In this document: piece by piece, positions 8,535-18,354 of the stretch | How positions within the stretch are numbered: position 1 is the stretch's first letter | Layout: each line of letters starts with the position of its first letter | DNA from: an uncultured Bacillales bacterium | GTDB taxonomy: Bacteria > Bacillota_I > Bacilli_A > RFN20 > CAG-826 | Reading direction: 5' to 3' | DNA length: 64,000 bases | Assembly: GCA_946403545.1 (NCBI GenBank) | Contig: CAMJAG010000001.1 | Coordinates: 872 to 64,871, forward strand | The notes under the pieces: model-generated | The model's input: only the letters and a program-made list of their open reading frames with translations | What the model was told of the DNA's origin: nothing | Databases searched by the model: none | Program-made: the position numbers and the translations under genes

Positions 8535-11204
8535 CTAAAGAGCAGTTCTTGTGTTTGTTGTGTAACCGATATCTACTAAGAGTCTTAAGTTATCGACATA
8601 GATATCACTTGCTGTGTAATCGTTATTAACGATACCGAAGGACACTGATTCAATATTCTTTGCGTAGTTAGCGGAAATTGTCTTACTACTACCATTAACG
8701 TCCTTGAATAAAGAGAATCCTATTTCATAATGTGTCCAAACAGTTGGAAGATCGCCTAAAGTTACTCTCATCTTGAATAAAGTAGAACCACTTCTCCAGT
8801 TAAGATTGAGATAAACTGTAGCTTTACCATCACCTTTAATATCGATTGCAAAGCCTTTTGCAGTAACTGTATTTGCAAATTGCGTAATTCTACCATAAGA
8901 GACTGATTCATAACTCTTGTAGTGCATTCTTAAGGATTTAGCACCACCAACACTAGAAACATCATTCGCTAATGCCATCTCGTTATAGTCTCTTTCTGTT
9001 AAATAACTCCAATTATCAAAGATTTCATCACTATTTGCATAGCTTTCCATTGTTTCAAATGTAATTCTATTTGGATTATCAGTATCAGGTTTAATTGTGC
9101 CACTGATTTCTGTAACAGAAGTTTCTGTAGCATTTACAAAGTAAAGTTCATCTAGATAGACTGGGTTAGCAATAGCGTATGTTGGATGGTGATTACCTTG
9201 TTGATCATAGTAAAGGTATTTAAATCCAAGAGCCATGTGAACGATATGTTCACTACTAAGTGGTTTTGGTTCATCGAATAAGTCGGCTTCGTTATTTAGT
9301 TCAAAGTCAGAGAACTTAATTGTGTAGTTATGCCATTCTTTCTTAACCTTTGGAATAACATATCTATACCATTCACCTGAATCCATAGTGAGTTGAATTG
9401 TGAGTTCTGCAGCAATATCGTTTTCATCAAGATATGCAACTGCAGGATCATCAAACTTAACAGAAGCATCTTTTAACCAGATTTGGAATGCGTTCTTATT
9501 CTTAACTGCACTTGAATCCATATAGAGTTGGTAAACAGCCATTTCCATATCTGCTTTATAGTCAAATTCGCCACAATATGGATTTCTACTACCACCAGAT
9601 TTATGTGTATTATCGAGTTTCATAGCTTCGTCTTTATTGACTACACTTTGATCCCAATAATAGTAAAGTTGTGTATAAACATCGTAGTTATTGAAGTCTT
9701 CGATACAACCGTTTTCACTAACTACTCTTGTTCTTGAATCGACAATATCATCAATCTTAATAACTTCTAAATCTTTAATAGAAATAGAACCTGTGGAATA
9801 GTTATCTGCTAAACCAATGTTGAACTTTTGAATGAAGTAGAATTGTTTAGCACCATCACCAGTCATATAGTCTGTTCTTTGGAACGCTTTTAGTGGGATA
9901 ACTAATTCTTTATATTCATCTCTTCCAAAGTATGTGAAGGAGATCTTGAATTGCCATCTATCGTTATCTTCTTCTAAGATTCTGAAATAAAACATTGCAT
10001 TAGTAGCGGAGCCAGTGATTTTGACTTTCATTCTAACAGCGTCGCCTTGTACAAAGTACTTATAGACATTAACGTTTTGGAAACCATAGCCATTGAAACC
10101 ATTTGGATTTGTTTCAGCGTTTTTCGCTACGTATCCTAAAGTTAATTCAGTTCCATCTTCAGAAATAGTTTTATCGAAGTTGAAGTTTTCATAAGTCCAA
10201 TCTTTCATATCTGTACTTCTGAAATCCATCTTCTTCATAAACATATGTTCATAGTTTTCGTATTTAACCGCTTTGATATTGGAGAATAAGCAAATTCCAT
10301 CCCCAAATGTTCTTTCGAAAACTATTTCAAAATATCTAATATGTTCCCAGTCAAATCTTCTATTAAAGACGTTTCCACCAGCAGTTCTAAGTTCAAATTC
10401 ATCATATTTCATTAAGATAGTTTGTTTTGCGTTATTTGAAATTTGAACTTGTTTATGCCAATATTCACCATCATAGTCTAAAACACGAACTAGAACAGTT
10501 GCGTCATGACCTGAATAATAGAAATTGAAATAGAAACTATCTGTACCATAAAGTTCTCTATCTTCTGTCTTTGTAATAACAATCCAACCATCACTCTTAG
10601 CGATGCCTTGGCTTGTATGTTCTTTATCAAAAACAATTGCTAAAGAATCTTTACCATTACCAAAGAAGTTACTTCTATCAATAGAGATATTTGCATAACT
10701 TCCTTCTTTATGTAATACCCAGTCTTGTTCATCTTCAATTGTGATTGGGATTTCATCAATCTTAGCGGATTCATAGAAGAAATTTCTATCCGTTTTAGAT
10801 TTTTTAGTGTGATCTTTATTAACCGCAGTTACTCTCCAATAGTAAAGAATATCTTTCTTTGGAAGAACATAAGTTAAATCAAATTTGTTGTTACTTAAAT
10901 TAGATTCTCTAACATAAACTTCATCAGGATCATCTGATAAGAAGTTAAGTGTGCTAGCGATTTCTAATTGATAATAATCTGCATTTGGACAAGCTTCCCA
11001 AGTAAAGGAAAATCCTTCGCCTGTAGAGAAACCATTTTCAGGTCCAACAAGATTAAAGTCTGCAATTTCCCCTGTTTTTCTTGGGTGAACTGCACTGTGA
11101 GTTGGATATGAAGTGTTATCAATAGATACTGATTCACTAGGCTCAGCTCCACATCCAGTAAGCAATAAAGGTAAAAGTAAGAAGCCTAAAAATCTCTTTT
11201 TCAT
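8535..11204 (-). CDS. Large surface lipoprotein with predicted beta-sandwich/CBM-like domains
   Basis: 889 aa with a lipobox (LLLTGCGA). It is Tyr/Trp/Asn-rich and sits within the mannan locus; no catalytic motif was recognised. Confidence 0.55.
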   Translation of the reverse strand: MKKRFLGFLLLPLLLTGCGAEPSESVSIDNTSYPTHSAVHPRKTGEIADFNLVGPENGFSTGEGFSFTWEACPNADYYQLEIASTLNFLSDDPDEVYVRESNLSNNKFDLTYVLPKKDILYYWRVTAVNKDHTKKSKTDRNFFYESAKIDEIPITIEDEQDWVLHKEGSYANISIDRSNFFGNGKDSLAIVFDKEHTSQGIAKSDGWIVITKTEDRELYGTDSFYFNFYYSGHDATVLVRVLDYDGEYWHKQVQISNNAKQTILMKYDEFELRTAGGNVFNRRFDWEHIRYFEIVFERTFGDGICLFSNIKAVKYENYEHMFMKKMDFRSTDMKDWTYENFNFDKTISEDGTELTLGYVAKNAETNPNGFNGYGFQNVNVYKYFVQGDAVRMKVKITGSATNAMFYFRILEEDNDRWQFKISFTYFGRDEYKELVIPLKAFQRTDYMTGDGAKQFYFIQKFNIGLADNYSTGSISIKDLEVIKIDDIVDSRTRVVSENGCIEDFNNYDVYTQLYYYWDQSVVNKDEAMKLDNTHKSGGSRNPYCGEFDYKADMEMAVYQLYMDSSAVKNKNAFQIWLKDASVKFDDPAVAYLDENDIAAELTIQLTMDSGEWYRYVIPKVKKEWHNYTIKFSDFELNNEADLFDEPKPLSSEHIVHMALGFKYLYYDQQGNHHPTYAIANPVYLDELYFVNATETSVTEISGTIKPDTDNPNRITFETMESYANSDEIFDNWSYLTERDYNEMALANDVSSVGGAKSLRMHYKSYESVSYGRITQFANTVTAKGFAIDIKGDGKATVYLNLNWRSGSTLFKMRVTLGDLPTVWTHYEIGFSLFKDVNGSSKTISANYAKNIESVSFGIVNNDYTASDIYVDNLRLLVDIGYTTNTRTAL

Positions 11205-11205
11205 A

Positions 11206-12753
11206 TTAAAGCTCCTTACTAGAGAGAATTACCATTGTAGAAGTTGGTACTTCGATTTCAATCTTATCGTTTAAGGATGCATCTAAGACCATATTTTCTC
11301 TCACGAAACCATCATCGCCGAGTTTTAATTCGTTTTCGTTATAAATGTAGACGTAGACTTTTCCAGAATCTTGGAATTCTTCTCCAATTCTAAACGTCTT
11401 AGTAACAGTGAACATGCTTCTATTAATAGCAACAACACCTGCATAAGAATTACTTGGTCCAATAATGCCCATACTTCTAAAGTCTTTTGAAATACTTGGA
11501 TCATTTAATCCAGAATCAATAACTTTAGAACCTGCTCGCATTAAGTTAGTTAATAAGACAGAGCTATGATACCAAGGTCTAAGTCTTTGTTTTGCAGCAC
11601 TATCACTTCCTAAAGAGGAGAACATACCCCAACCTTTAGATGTCATTGTGCCATCATCGTTATAAATAAAGTGCATACCATCATCAAAGTCCCAGTAAAC
11701 AACACTAGAAACTCCAGAGATAACACTTTGAAGTGTATAATCTGCCATTCTTAAGCCATATGAGAAGTTAGCAATAAATGCGTTAGAGTCAGTTGCGGCA
11801 TCTTTACCATCATATAAACCTGCTTCCCAGATGTGTGGCATTCTTGAAACACCTAATTCACTATCGATACCTTTGATCTTTGTGAAGACTTGTTTTGTTC
11901 TTGTGATTAAGTCTCCTGTATCAATAATGATGTTTGGACAATATAAGTGATATCCATAGTCACCTACTTTTGCTTTGAGTTCCTCACTGTTAGCGATACC
12001 AGAGAAGTATTCATCTGTACCTTCAAAACCAGTGGTGTCACCACCAACGATTTTGATGTAGTTAAATCCTCTAGCGTCTAATTCAGCGCGAACATTCTTA
12101 ACACCTTTAGACCATACTTCAAAAGTGTTTTTGAAGTTTTTACTTCTACCTTCAACACCTTTATAGTTAGGTTCGTTTGAATTAACGAAATATTTAATAC
12201 ATCTAATTCCTTGGAATTTGATGAGATATTCAAGCACATCAGCGGTCATTTTAGCCCATCTAGGATCACTTGTAACATCCCCAAACATGTTATATTCATC
12301 TTTTCCTAAACTACCAGGAACATTCCAACATCCAAACGCTACTGTTATGTTATGATCATCACAATATTTAAGGACATCTATTGTGTTGTTCATAAGTTTA
12401 TTTGAGAAGTTATATTCCCAAGTATCATCTGATTTGTCAGAGTTGTTTTTATCATCAAAATTGGTGATAAACCAGTCATAGTTAAGCATGCATCTAGATA
12501 CTTGAGGATTTAATCTGTCCATAATCTTTAATGAACGTTCCCAAGAACCAGATGAGAGTTTATCAGGGTCTTCATAAGTACCCCATTCAACACCTAAACC
12601 TTCGAAGTTATTCAAAACAATGTTTTCCTTTGTAAAGGTAACATCATCTAGATTTACTTCCTTAGATTTCACGTCGTTTTTTTGACAACCCATAATAGTG
12701 AAAAGACAAGAAGATAATATTCCAAAACTTAAAATTTTCTTTGTCTTTGTCAT
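11206..12753 (-). CDS. Clan GH-A glycoside hydrolase lipoprotein (GH5/GH113-like; candidate beta-mannanase)
   Basis: Lipobox IMGCQ and the NEP catalytic acid/base motif (FVNSNEPNY) of (beta/alpha)8 clan GH-A hydrolases. Confidence 0.55.
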   Translation of the reverse strand: MTKTKKILSFGILSSCLFTIMGCQKNDVKSKEVNLDDVTFTKENIVLNNFEGLGVEWGTYEDPDKLSSGSWERSLKIMDRLNPQVSRCMLNYDWFITNFDDKNNSDKSDDTWEYNFSNKLMNNTIDVLKYCDDHNITVAFGCWNVPGSLGKDEYNMFGDVTSDPRWAKMTADVLEYLIKFQGIRCIKYFVNSNEPNYKGVEGRSKNFKNTFEVWSKGVKNVRAELDARGFNYIKIVGGDTTGFEGTDEYFSGIANSEELKAKVGDYGYHLYCPNIIIDTGDLITRTKQVFTKIKGIDSELGVSRMPHIWEAGLYDGKDAATDSNAFIANFSYGLRMADYTLQSVISGVSSVVYWDFDDGMHFIYNDDGTMTSKGWGMFSSLGSDSAAKQRLRPWYHSSVLLTNLMRAGSKVIDSGLNDPSISKDFRSMGIIGPSNSYAGVVAINRSMFTVTKTFRIGEEFQDSGKVYVYIYNENELKLGDDGFVRENMVLDASLNDKIEIEVPTSTMVILSSKEL

Positions 12754-12757
12754 AAAA

Positions 12758-14383
12758 TTATTTTCCTAACTTTTCGTTAATTTCTGCTAAAATCTTTGTC
12801 CAATTTGTGTTATTGAATTTTGCTTTATAAGCATCAATTGTAGAGTATTGACCGAATGCATATTTCATAGCATCAACGTTAGCGTCTGCTAAGATTGATT
12901 CTGTTTTGTCATTCTTTGTCTTTGTGGACATCCAAGAAATATCGCTTGGTTCTTTAACCACTCTTAATTGATTTGCGGCTTTAACTGTCTTCATTTCTTC
13001 AATCCAAGCGTTATGAAGATTGAATGTTTCCATATCTGTGAATGGGTCATATGCTTTTGTGTCATTACCTAATGTAGCCATATATCTTAGATATTTACCA
13101 CCATTTGGTTTAGAACCATATTTACCATCTGAGCCTTTTTCCCAAGACATTGGATTGAGTTCGACTTTTCCATCGACCATGTTCCAGTCATATCCTTCGA
13201 TACCATAGATAGCAAACTTAGTGCCTTCATCAGAAAGTAAGTAATCAAGGATATCTAAGATTTTTTCCATCTTTGTATCAGAGATGTTGTAGTTAAATAA
13301 TGTAATTGAGAACCAGTTTTCAGTTCCTTCTAAAGCGAATTTACCATCCGGTCCTTTAACTTTAAGGAATGCAGTACCATCGTCTAAATTGACGTATTTG
13401 TTACTTGTTTTGAATTCTTTTCTTAAAGTTAAGTAGTTTGCAAGAGAGAAGTTATCGTATAAAATTGCTGCTCTACCTGCTAAATATTCTTTATTAGCTT
13501 TACCATCATCAAAGTTGAATTGGTCTTGTGAGTAGTAATGGCTACTAACGAATTCTTTAGCAACTTCTAAGCCAGCGATATAGCCATCAGATGTGAATGC
13601 GTTGATTGCTCTACCATTAGCGTCTTTTGTATAGCAGTGAGGAGCGTCTTTATAGAAGTTAGTAACAGAAGGGAATCCCCATCTTTCATCCACCATTGCG
13701 CATGCTTTATCAGTATTTGCAAAGTCTTTCTTTGTGATGTTTGTGGAAAATGCTGCTACTAATCTTTTGAATTCATCCCATGTGTACACGTCTCCTTCTT
13801 TATATACAGGTGTGTATCCAGCGGTATTCTTATTAGCTTCATCAATTGCTTTAGCCCAGTCTCTACGATAGACATAAGTGAAGTTTGAGAAGTCTTTTGT
13901 AGGATTAGAAATATCGTTAGCGATTGGAATACCATATAGTTTTCCATTAACTTTTAATGCATCAAGGTTAGAGATGTTATCTAACATGGATTTTAAGTTA
14001 GGCCATTTAGATAAGTTATCAGGAAGTGCCTTAAACATTAAATTATCAACCCACTTTTCATAAGTTGAGCCGAAGTTATACGCTTTTAAGTTGAATTGGA
14101 TTGTATCTGCTAAGTTATTACCATTGATAGATGTGTTAACTTCTTGATCCCAATCTGTGTAACTGTAGTTACTTGCTTCAATCTTTACGTTAAATTTCTC
14201 ATTAATCTTTTCTGTATAAACGTCTTCACCTTCCCAGTTATCGAAGTAGACGTTTTTTAGTTGTAAACGAAGACGACCTTCATTATCGTATTTATCTTCT
14301 CCGTTTTTTCCTCCACATGCAGTCATTCCTAATGTAAGGAACGCTACCATAGAACTTGCAAATATTAATTTAGTGTTTTTCAT
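12758..14383 (-). CDS. Extracellular solute-binding lipoprotein (family 1, LplA-like large SBP) for oligosaccharide ABC uptake
   Basis: 541 aa with lipobox GMTACG, lying adjacent to two permease genes. Confidence 0.75.
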   Translation of the reverse strand: MKNTKLIFASSMVAFLTLGMTACGGKNGEDKYDNEGRLRLQLKNVYFDNWEGEDVYTEKINEKFNVKIEASNYSYTDWDQEVNTSINGNNLADTIQFNLKAYNFGSTYEKWVDNLMFKALPDNLSKWPNLKSMLDNISNLDALKVNGKLYGIPIANDISNPTKDFSNFTYVYRRDWAKAIDEANKNTAGYTPVYKEGDVYTWDEFKRLVAAFSTNITKKDFANTDKACAMVDERWGFPSVTNFYKDAPHCYTKDANGRAINAFTSDGYIAGLEVAKEFVSSHYYSQDQFNFDDGKANKEYLAGRAAILYDNFSLANYLTLRKEFKTSNKYVNLDDGTAFLKVKGPDGKFALEGTENWFSITLFNYNISDTKMEKILDILDYLLSDEGTKFAIYGIEGYDWNMVDGKVELNPMSWEKGSDGKYGSKPNGGKYLRYMATLGNDTKAYDPFTDMETFNLHNAWIEEMKTVKAANQLRVVKEPSDISWMSTKTKNDKTESILADANVDAMKYAFGQYSTIDAYKAKFNNTNWTKILAEINEKLGK

Positions 14384-14400
14384 AAAATAACCTCCTTTTG

Positions 14401-15312
14401 TTATCCTTTAATAGCACCAACAACTATGCCTTTTACAAAGAATCTTTGTAAGAAAGGATAGAAACTCATCATAGGTACAATAGTGAAGAAGATACTCGCC
14501 ATTGTAAGACCTTCTGAATACCCTTCTCTTGCTTCAGGGTTTTCAATGTTCGATGAGACCTTTGCAATCATAGTTCGTAATACTTGTTGTAATGGCCATA
14601 TCTTTCTATTGTCTGGAATGAATAACATAGCGTTATACCATGAGTTCCAGTTACCAACAGCGAAGAATAAGCCAATTGTTGCTAGCATTGGAAGTGAGAG
14701 TGGTAAGAAGATCTTAACGAAGATGATAATGTCATTAGCACCATCAATCTTTGCGGATTCTTCCATTTCCACTGGTAAGCTAGCAAAATAGTTACGCATT
14801 AATAACATATTAAATGTATCAATTGCGCCAGGAATGATCATAACCCAAATAGTGTTCATCATTCCTAAATCCCTAATTAAGTAATAGTAAGGAATCATTC
14901 CACCACCAAAGAACATAGTGACAAGAATCATATTCATTACTAAGTTTTTACCTGTCCAGTTATGTCTTGATAAAGCATAGCCTGTAATAACGGTAAAGAA
15001 TAATTGATATAAGGTACCACCAATAAGAAGAATCATTGTGATACCAAAGCCACTCCATAAGTTCTTATCAGCGAAAACCTGTTTATAGCTAGATAAGTCT
15101 AATTGAGTAGGCCAGAGTAATAAGTCTGAATGTAAATATGCATCTTCAGTAGAAATAGAAATAACGAAAGCATTCCAGAATGGGAAGATAATTAATAATG
15201 CGTAAATACAAAGGATAACGCAGATAATTACATCTAAACCTTGAATCTTTCTATCTCTTGAAGAGCCTCTTGGTCTAAGAGGAAGACGCGCTAATTGTTG
15301 ATATTTTTTCAT
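14401..15312 (-). CDS. Sugar ABC transporter permease (MalG/LplC-like)
   Basis: Six TM helices and the EAA-type loop (EESAKIDGAND). Confidence 0.85.
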   Translation of the reverse strand: MKKYQQLARLPLRPRGSSRDRKIQGLDVIICVILCIYALLIIFPFWNAFVISISTEDAYLHSDLLLWPTQLDLSSYKQVFADKNLWSGFGITMILLIGGTLYQLFFTVITGYALSRHNWTGKNLVMNMILVTMFFGGGMIPYYYLIRDLGMMNTIWVMIIPGAIDTFNMLLMRNYFASLPVEMEESAKIDGANDIIIFVKIFLPLSLPMLATIGLFFAVGNWNSWYNAMLFIPDNRKIWPLQQVLRTMIAKVSSNIENPEAREGYSEGLTMASIFFTIVPMMSFYPFLQRFFVKGIVVGAIKG

Positions 15313-15314
15313 AA

Positions 15315-16256
15315 TTAGATAATTCCCCTTTCACCACAAGCTTTAGCAATTCTATCGACAGTGATAACAAGTGCAAAACCAATTACTGATTTAAATAAAC
15401 CAATAGCGGTACCTACACCAGCGGAATCACTACCAACAATTGCATGATAATAAATATAAGTGTCAATAATATTGACATCTTCTCTAATAAGTGGGTTTCC
15501 TAAGTTAAGGATTTGGTCAAAACCAGCAGAAAGGACACCACCAACAGACATGATAAGTAGGAGAATCGCTGTTGGTTTGATTCCTGGCAAAGTAATGTGC
15601 CAAATCTTTTGTAAACGAGTCGCACCATCGATATCTGCGGCTTCGTATTGGTCTTGCGGGATACCCGCCATAGTGGCTAAGTAAATAATGCTTCCCCAGC
15701 CAGCTTCTTTCCAAATATCACTAGCGAAAACTAGTCCAAAGAAGAAGTTTTTATTCGCTAGGAAGTTCGTTCGGTCTCCTCCCATCGCCTTTATCAGCGA
15801 GTTAATCGCACCATTATATGCGAATAATGAGAAGACGAAACCTGAGACGACAACCCATGAAAGGAAGTGAGGGAAAGTAACGATTGTTTGAATTGTCTTC
15901 TTAGTCTTAATCATTCTTAATTCATTAAGTAATAAAGCAGTTGTAACTGCGCCTAAGAAACCAATAACAATCTTAACGGAACCAATGATGAGTGTATTTC
16001 TAAATGCTAACCAGAATTTTGGTTCTTCGAAGACTCTAACAAAGTTATCAAAGCCATTCCATGGCGAATTCCAAACACCTAACCTAGGTTTAAAGTCTTT
16101 AAATGCCATTAAGACACCATACATTGGAACATAACAGAAGATGATATAGAAAACGATGGCAGGCAAAATCATGAGGAGTAAATATTTACTTCTCCAGAAT
16201 TTGTTGCCGAATTTGACAAACACGTTATTTCTTCTTGAAATTGTCGTAAGTTCCAT
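15315..16256 (-). CDS. Sugar ABC transporter permease (MalF/LplB-like)
   Basis: 313 aa polytopic protein with EAADIDGATRLQ in the EAA loop. Confidence 0.85.
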   Translation of the reverse strand: MELTTISRRNNVFVKFGNKFWRSKYLLLMILPAIVFYIIFCYVPMYGVLMAFKDFKPRLGVWNSPWNGFDNFVRVFEEPKFWLAFRNTLIIGSVKIVIGFLGAVTTALLLNELRMIKTKKTIQTIVTFPHFLSWVVVSGFVFSLFAYNGAINSLIKAMGGDRTNFLANKNFFFGLVFASDIWKEAGWGSIIYLATMAGIPQDQYEAADIDGATRLQKIWHITLPGIKPTAILLLIMSVGGVLSAGFDQILNLGNPLIREDVNIIDTYIYYHAIVGSDSAGVGTAIGLFKSVIGFALVITVDRIAKACGERGII

Positions 16257-16261
16257 AAATC

Positions 16262-17245
16262 TTATCTTTCGTATTTAAGAATGTAATCGATGACTGTATC
16301 TATATCAGTGAATAATAATTCTGTAACTGTATCCGCCCCACCAGCGTAAATAGCAATTCTTCCTGTTTTAGCATCGGCTAAACATGAAACTGGGAACAAA
16401 ACATTTGGTACATATCCACTAGTTTCATAGATTTTTTCAGGAGCTAATAGGAAATTGCCACATCTATGAAGTACTTTACTTGGATCATCTCTATCTACGA
16501 TTGCAGCACCGATAGAATAGACAAGACCAGAGCAAGTTAAGTTAGCACCATGGAAGAATACTAACCAACCTAAGTCACATTCAATAGGAGTTGGTCCAGC
16601 ACCAATTTTAGTGCCACACCACCATTCCCATCCTTTTTCCATAACATGTCTATGATGTCCCCAATATTCCAAATCTTTAGAATAGCTAAGGAAGATATCA
16701 CCGAATAATGTATGTCCTGAGTCACTTGGACGTGAGAACATAGCGTATTCTCCATTAATCTTTCTTGGGAATAAGACACCATTTCTATTAAATGGAAGGA
16801 ATGGATTATCAATTAATTCGAAGTTTTTGAAATCTTTAGTTTTGCCAATACCTAATGTTGGTCCATGATTTGCAGTGCAGAAGACAATATAATATGTGCC
16901 TTCAATTTCTACTAAACGAGGGTCGTATGCATATTCTAATTTGACTGGATTTCCATTTTTATCCTTGAAGACGATTGGGTCAACTTCAAAGTCAAAATGA
17001 ATACCATCTTTAGAATGTCCAACAAAAAGGAATGGAATGCCATTTTTTGTGTCTGCTCTAAAAACACCAATGAATTCACCCTTATATGCCATGACTGCAC
17101 TGTTAAATACACGTGAAGCATTTGGGAATGGATTCATTTTAATAATAGGATTTTCAGAATATCTCCATATTGGACCATCGTATCCTTCAGGACGAGGTTG
17201 ATATGGCATGTTATTCAATTCATTTCCATAAATTTTGTGTTTCAT
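16262..17245 (-). CDS. GH130 family glycoside phosphorylase (second copy)
   Basis: 327 aa and paralogous to 7506..8522 (NPII..NASRVFNSAV, FRAD motifs). Confidence 0.8.
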   Translation of the reverse strand: MKHKIYGNELNNMPYQPRPEGYDGPIWRYSENPIIKMNPFPNASRVFNSAVMAYKGEFIGVFRADTKNGIPFLFVGHSKDGIHFDFEVDPIVFKDKNGNPVKLEYAYDPRLVEIEGTYYIVFCTANHGPTLGIGKTKDFKNFELIDNPFLPFNRNGVLFPRKINGEYAMFSRPSDSGHTLFGDIFLSYSKDLEYWGHHRHVMEKGWEWWCGTKIGAGPTPIECDLGWLVFFHGANLTCSGLVYSIGAAIVDRDDPSKVLHRCGNFLLAPEKIYETSGYVPNVLFPVSCLADAKTGRIAIYAGGADTVTELLFTDIDTVIDYILKYER

Positions 17246-17255
17246 ATTTAACTAC

Positions 17256-18263
17256 CTACTTTACTATTTCTCTATTCGATTCTCTTTCAATAAAGTCACA
17301 ACGAATGACTATTTGAGAATACGCAATTTGATGTGATTTGATGGAATTTGCAATGTATTTTGCTACTTCTTCTCCAATTTCCTGTCTAGGAATATTGAAT
17401 GTTGATAGTTTAGGAGTTACAAATTCACCAGTCCTGATGTTATCGAATCCAATAACTGAAATATCATCAGGAACTTTTTTATTTAATCTATTAATTGTCT
17501 TAATAGCGTTTAACGCAATGATGTCATTAGCGCATACAATCGCAGTAATTGGATTATTATTTAAGGCATTTACAAGCATGTTTTCATCAGCGTAATCCTT
17601 TTTATCATTATTAAAAATAATGCTATAAGGAACTGCTTCATCTTTATGGGTTTCCATACAAGACATATATCCTTCGTGTCTTTCTCTGAAGGATGTACTA
17701 TGAGAGTCACTACCATAGAAAGCAATGTCTCTATGTCCTTGCCTAATTAGTCTTTGTGTAGCTAAATAAGCACTGTCGTAATTGGAGAATTTAAACTGTG
17801 TTGCTTCGGAATAGAATGTTTTAGGATCTACGACGACTGTTGGTTTATTCTTACTAATTACAACATCCATAATTGACTTAGGAGTAACATGCATAATGAT
17901 GTAAGCGCCACAAGAAGAGTCTTTAAGTTTTTTAAGAAGCGCATCATCAATCCTATCTTCTTCGAATACAAAATATTCCATGATGAGATTGTTTCTAGAA
18001 AGTGTGGAAGATATAGAGGTAATAATTGGTTGCCAGAAATCTTCTTTAAACAATATTCTTGATGAGCTAATCAAAAGAACATGGCTACTAGATACCTTAT
18101 AAGCTTTTAACTTAGAAGTGTCATAGCCTAACTCTGTAGCCTTCCTAATGATTTTCTCTCTAGTTTCATCAGAGACATTGTTTTTGCCTCCCAATGCTCT
18201 AGAAACCAAACCTTTAGTAACGTTACATTCTAATGCGATTTGTTCTAATGTCGTTTTTTTCAT
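17256..18263 (-). CDS. LacI-family transcriptional regulator
   Basis: N-terminal HTH (TLEQIALECNVTKGLVSRAL) plus a periplasmic-binding-fold sugar-binding domain. Confidence 0.85.
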   Translation of the reverse strand: MKKTTLEQIALECNVTKGLVSRALGGKNNVSDETREKIIRKATELGYDTSKLKAYKVSSSHVLLISSSRILFKEDFWQPIITSISSTLSRNNLIMEYFVFEEDRIDDALLKKLKDSSCGAYIIMHVTPKSIMDVVISKNKPTVVVDPKTFYSEATQFKFSNYDSAYLATQRLIRQGHRDIAFYGSDSHSTSFRERHEGYMSCMETHKDEAVPYSIIFNNDKKDYADENMLVNALNNNPITAIVCANDIIALNAIKTINRLNKKVPDDISVIGFDNIRTGEFVTPKLSTFNIPRQEIGEEVAKYIANSIKSHQIAYSQIVIRCDFIERESNREIVK

Positions 18264-18304
18264 AATTTTTCTTTAATAATATTTAATAAAATAATACGAG
18301 TATA

Positions 18305-18327
18305 GGAGGGGTAATAAATACCCCTCC
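18305..18327 (-). terminator. Rho-independent terminator hairpin downstream of the large lipoprotein gene
   Basis: GGAGGGGTA-loop-TACCCCTCC stem followed on the minus strand by a T-rich run. Confidence 0.5.
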
Positions 18328-18354
18328 ATGAATGAGTGTATATATGTGCAAGGA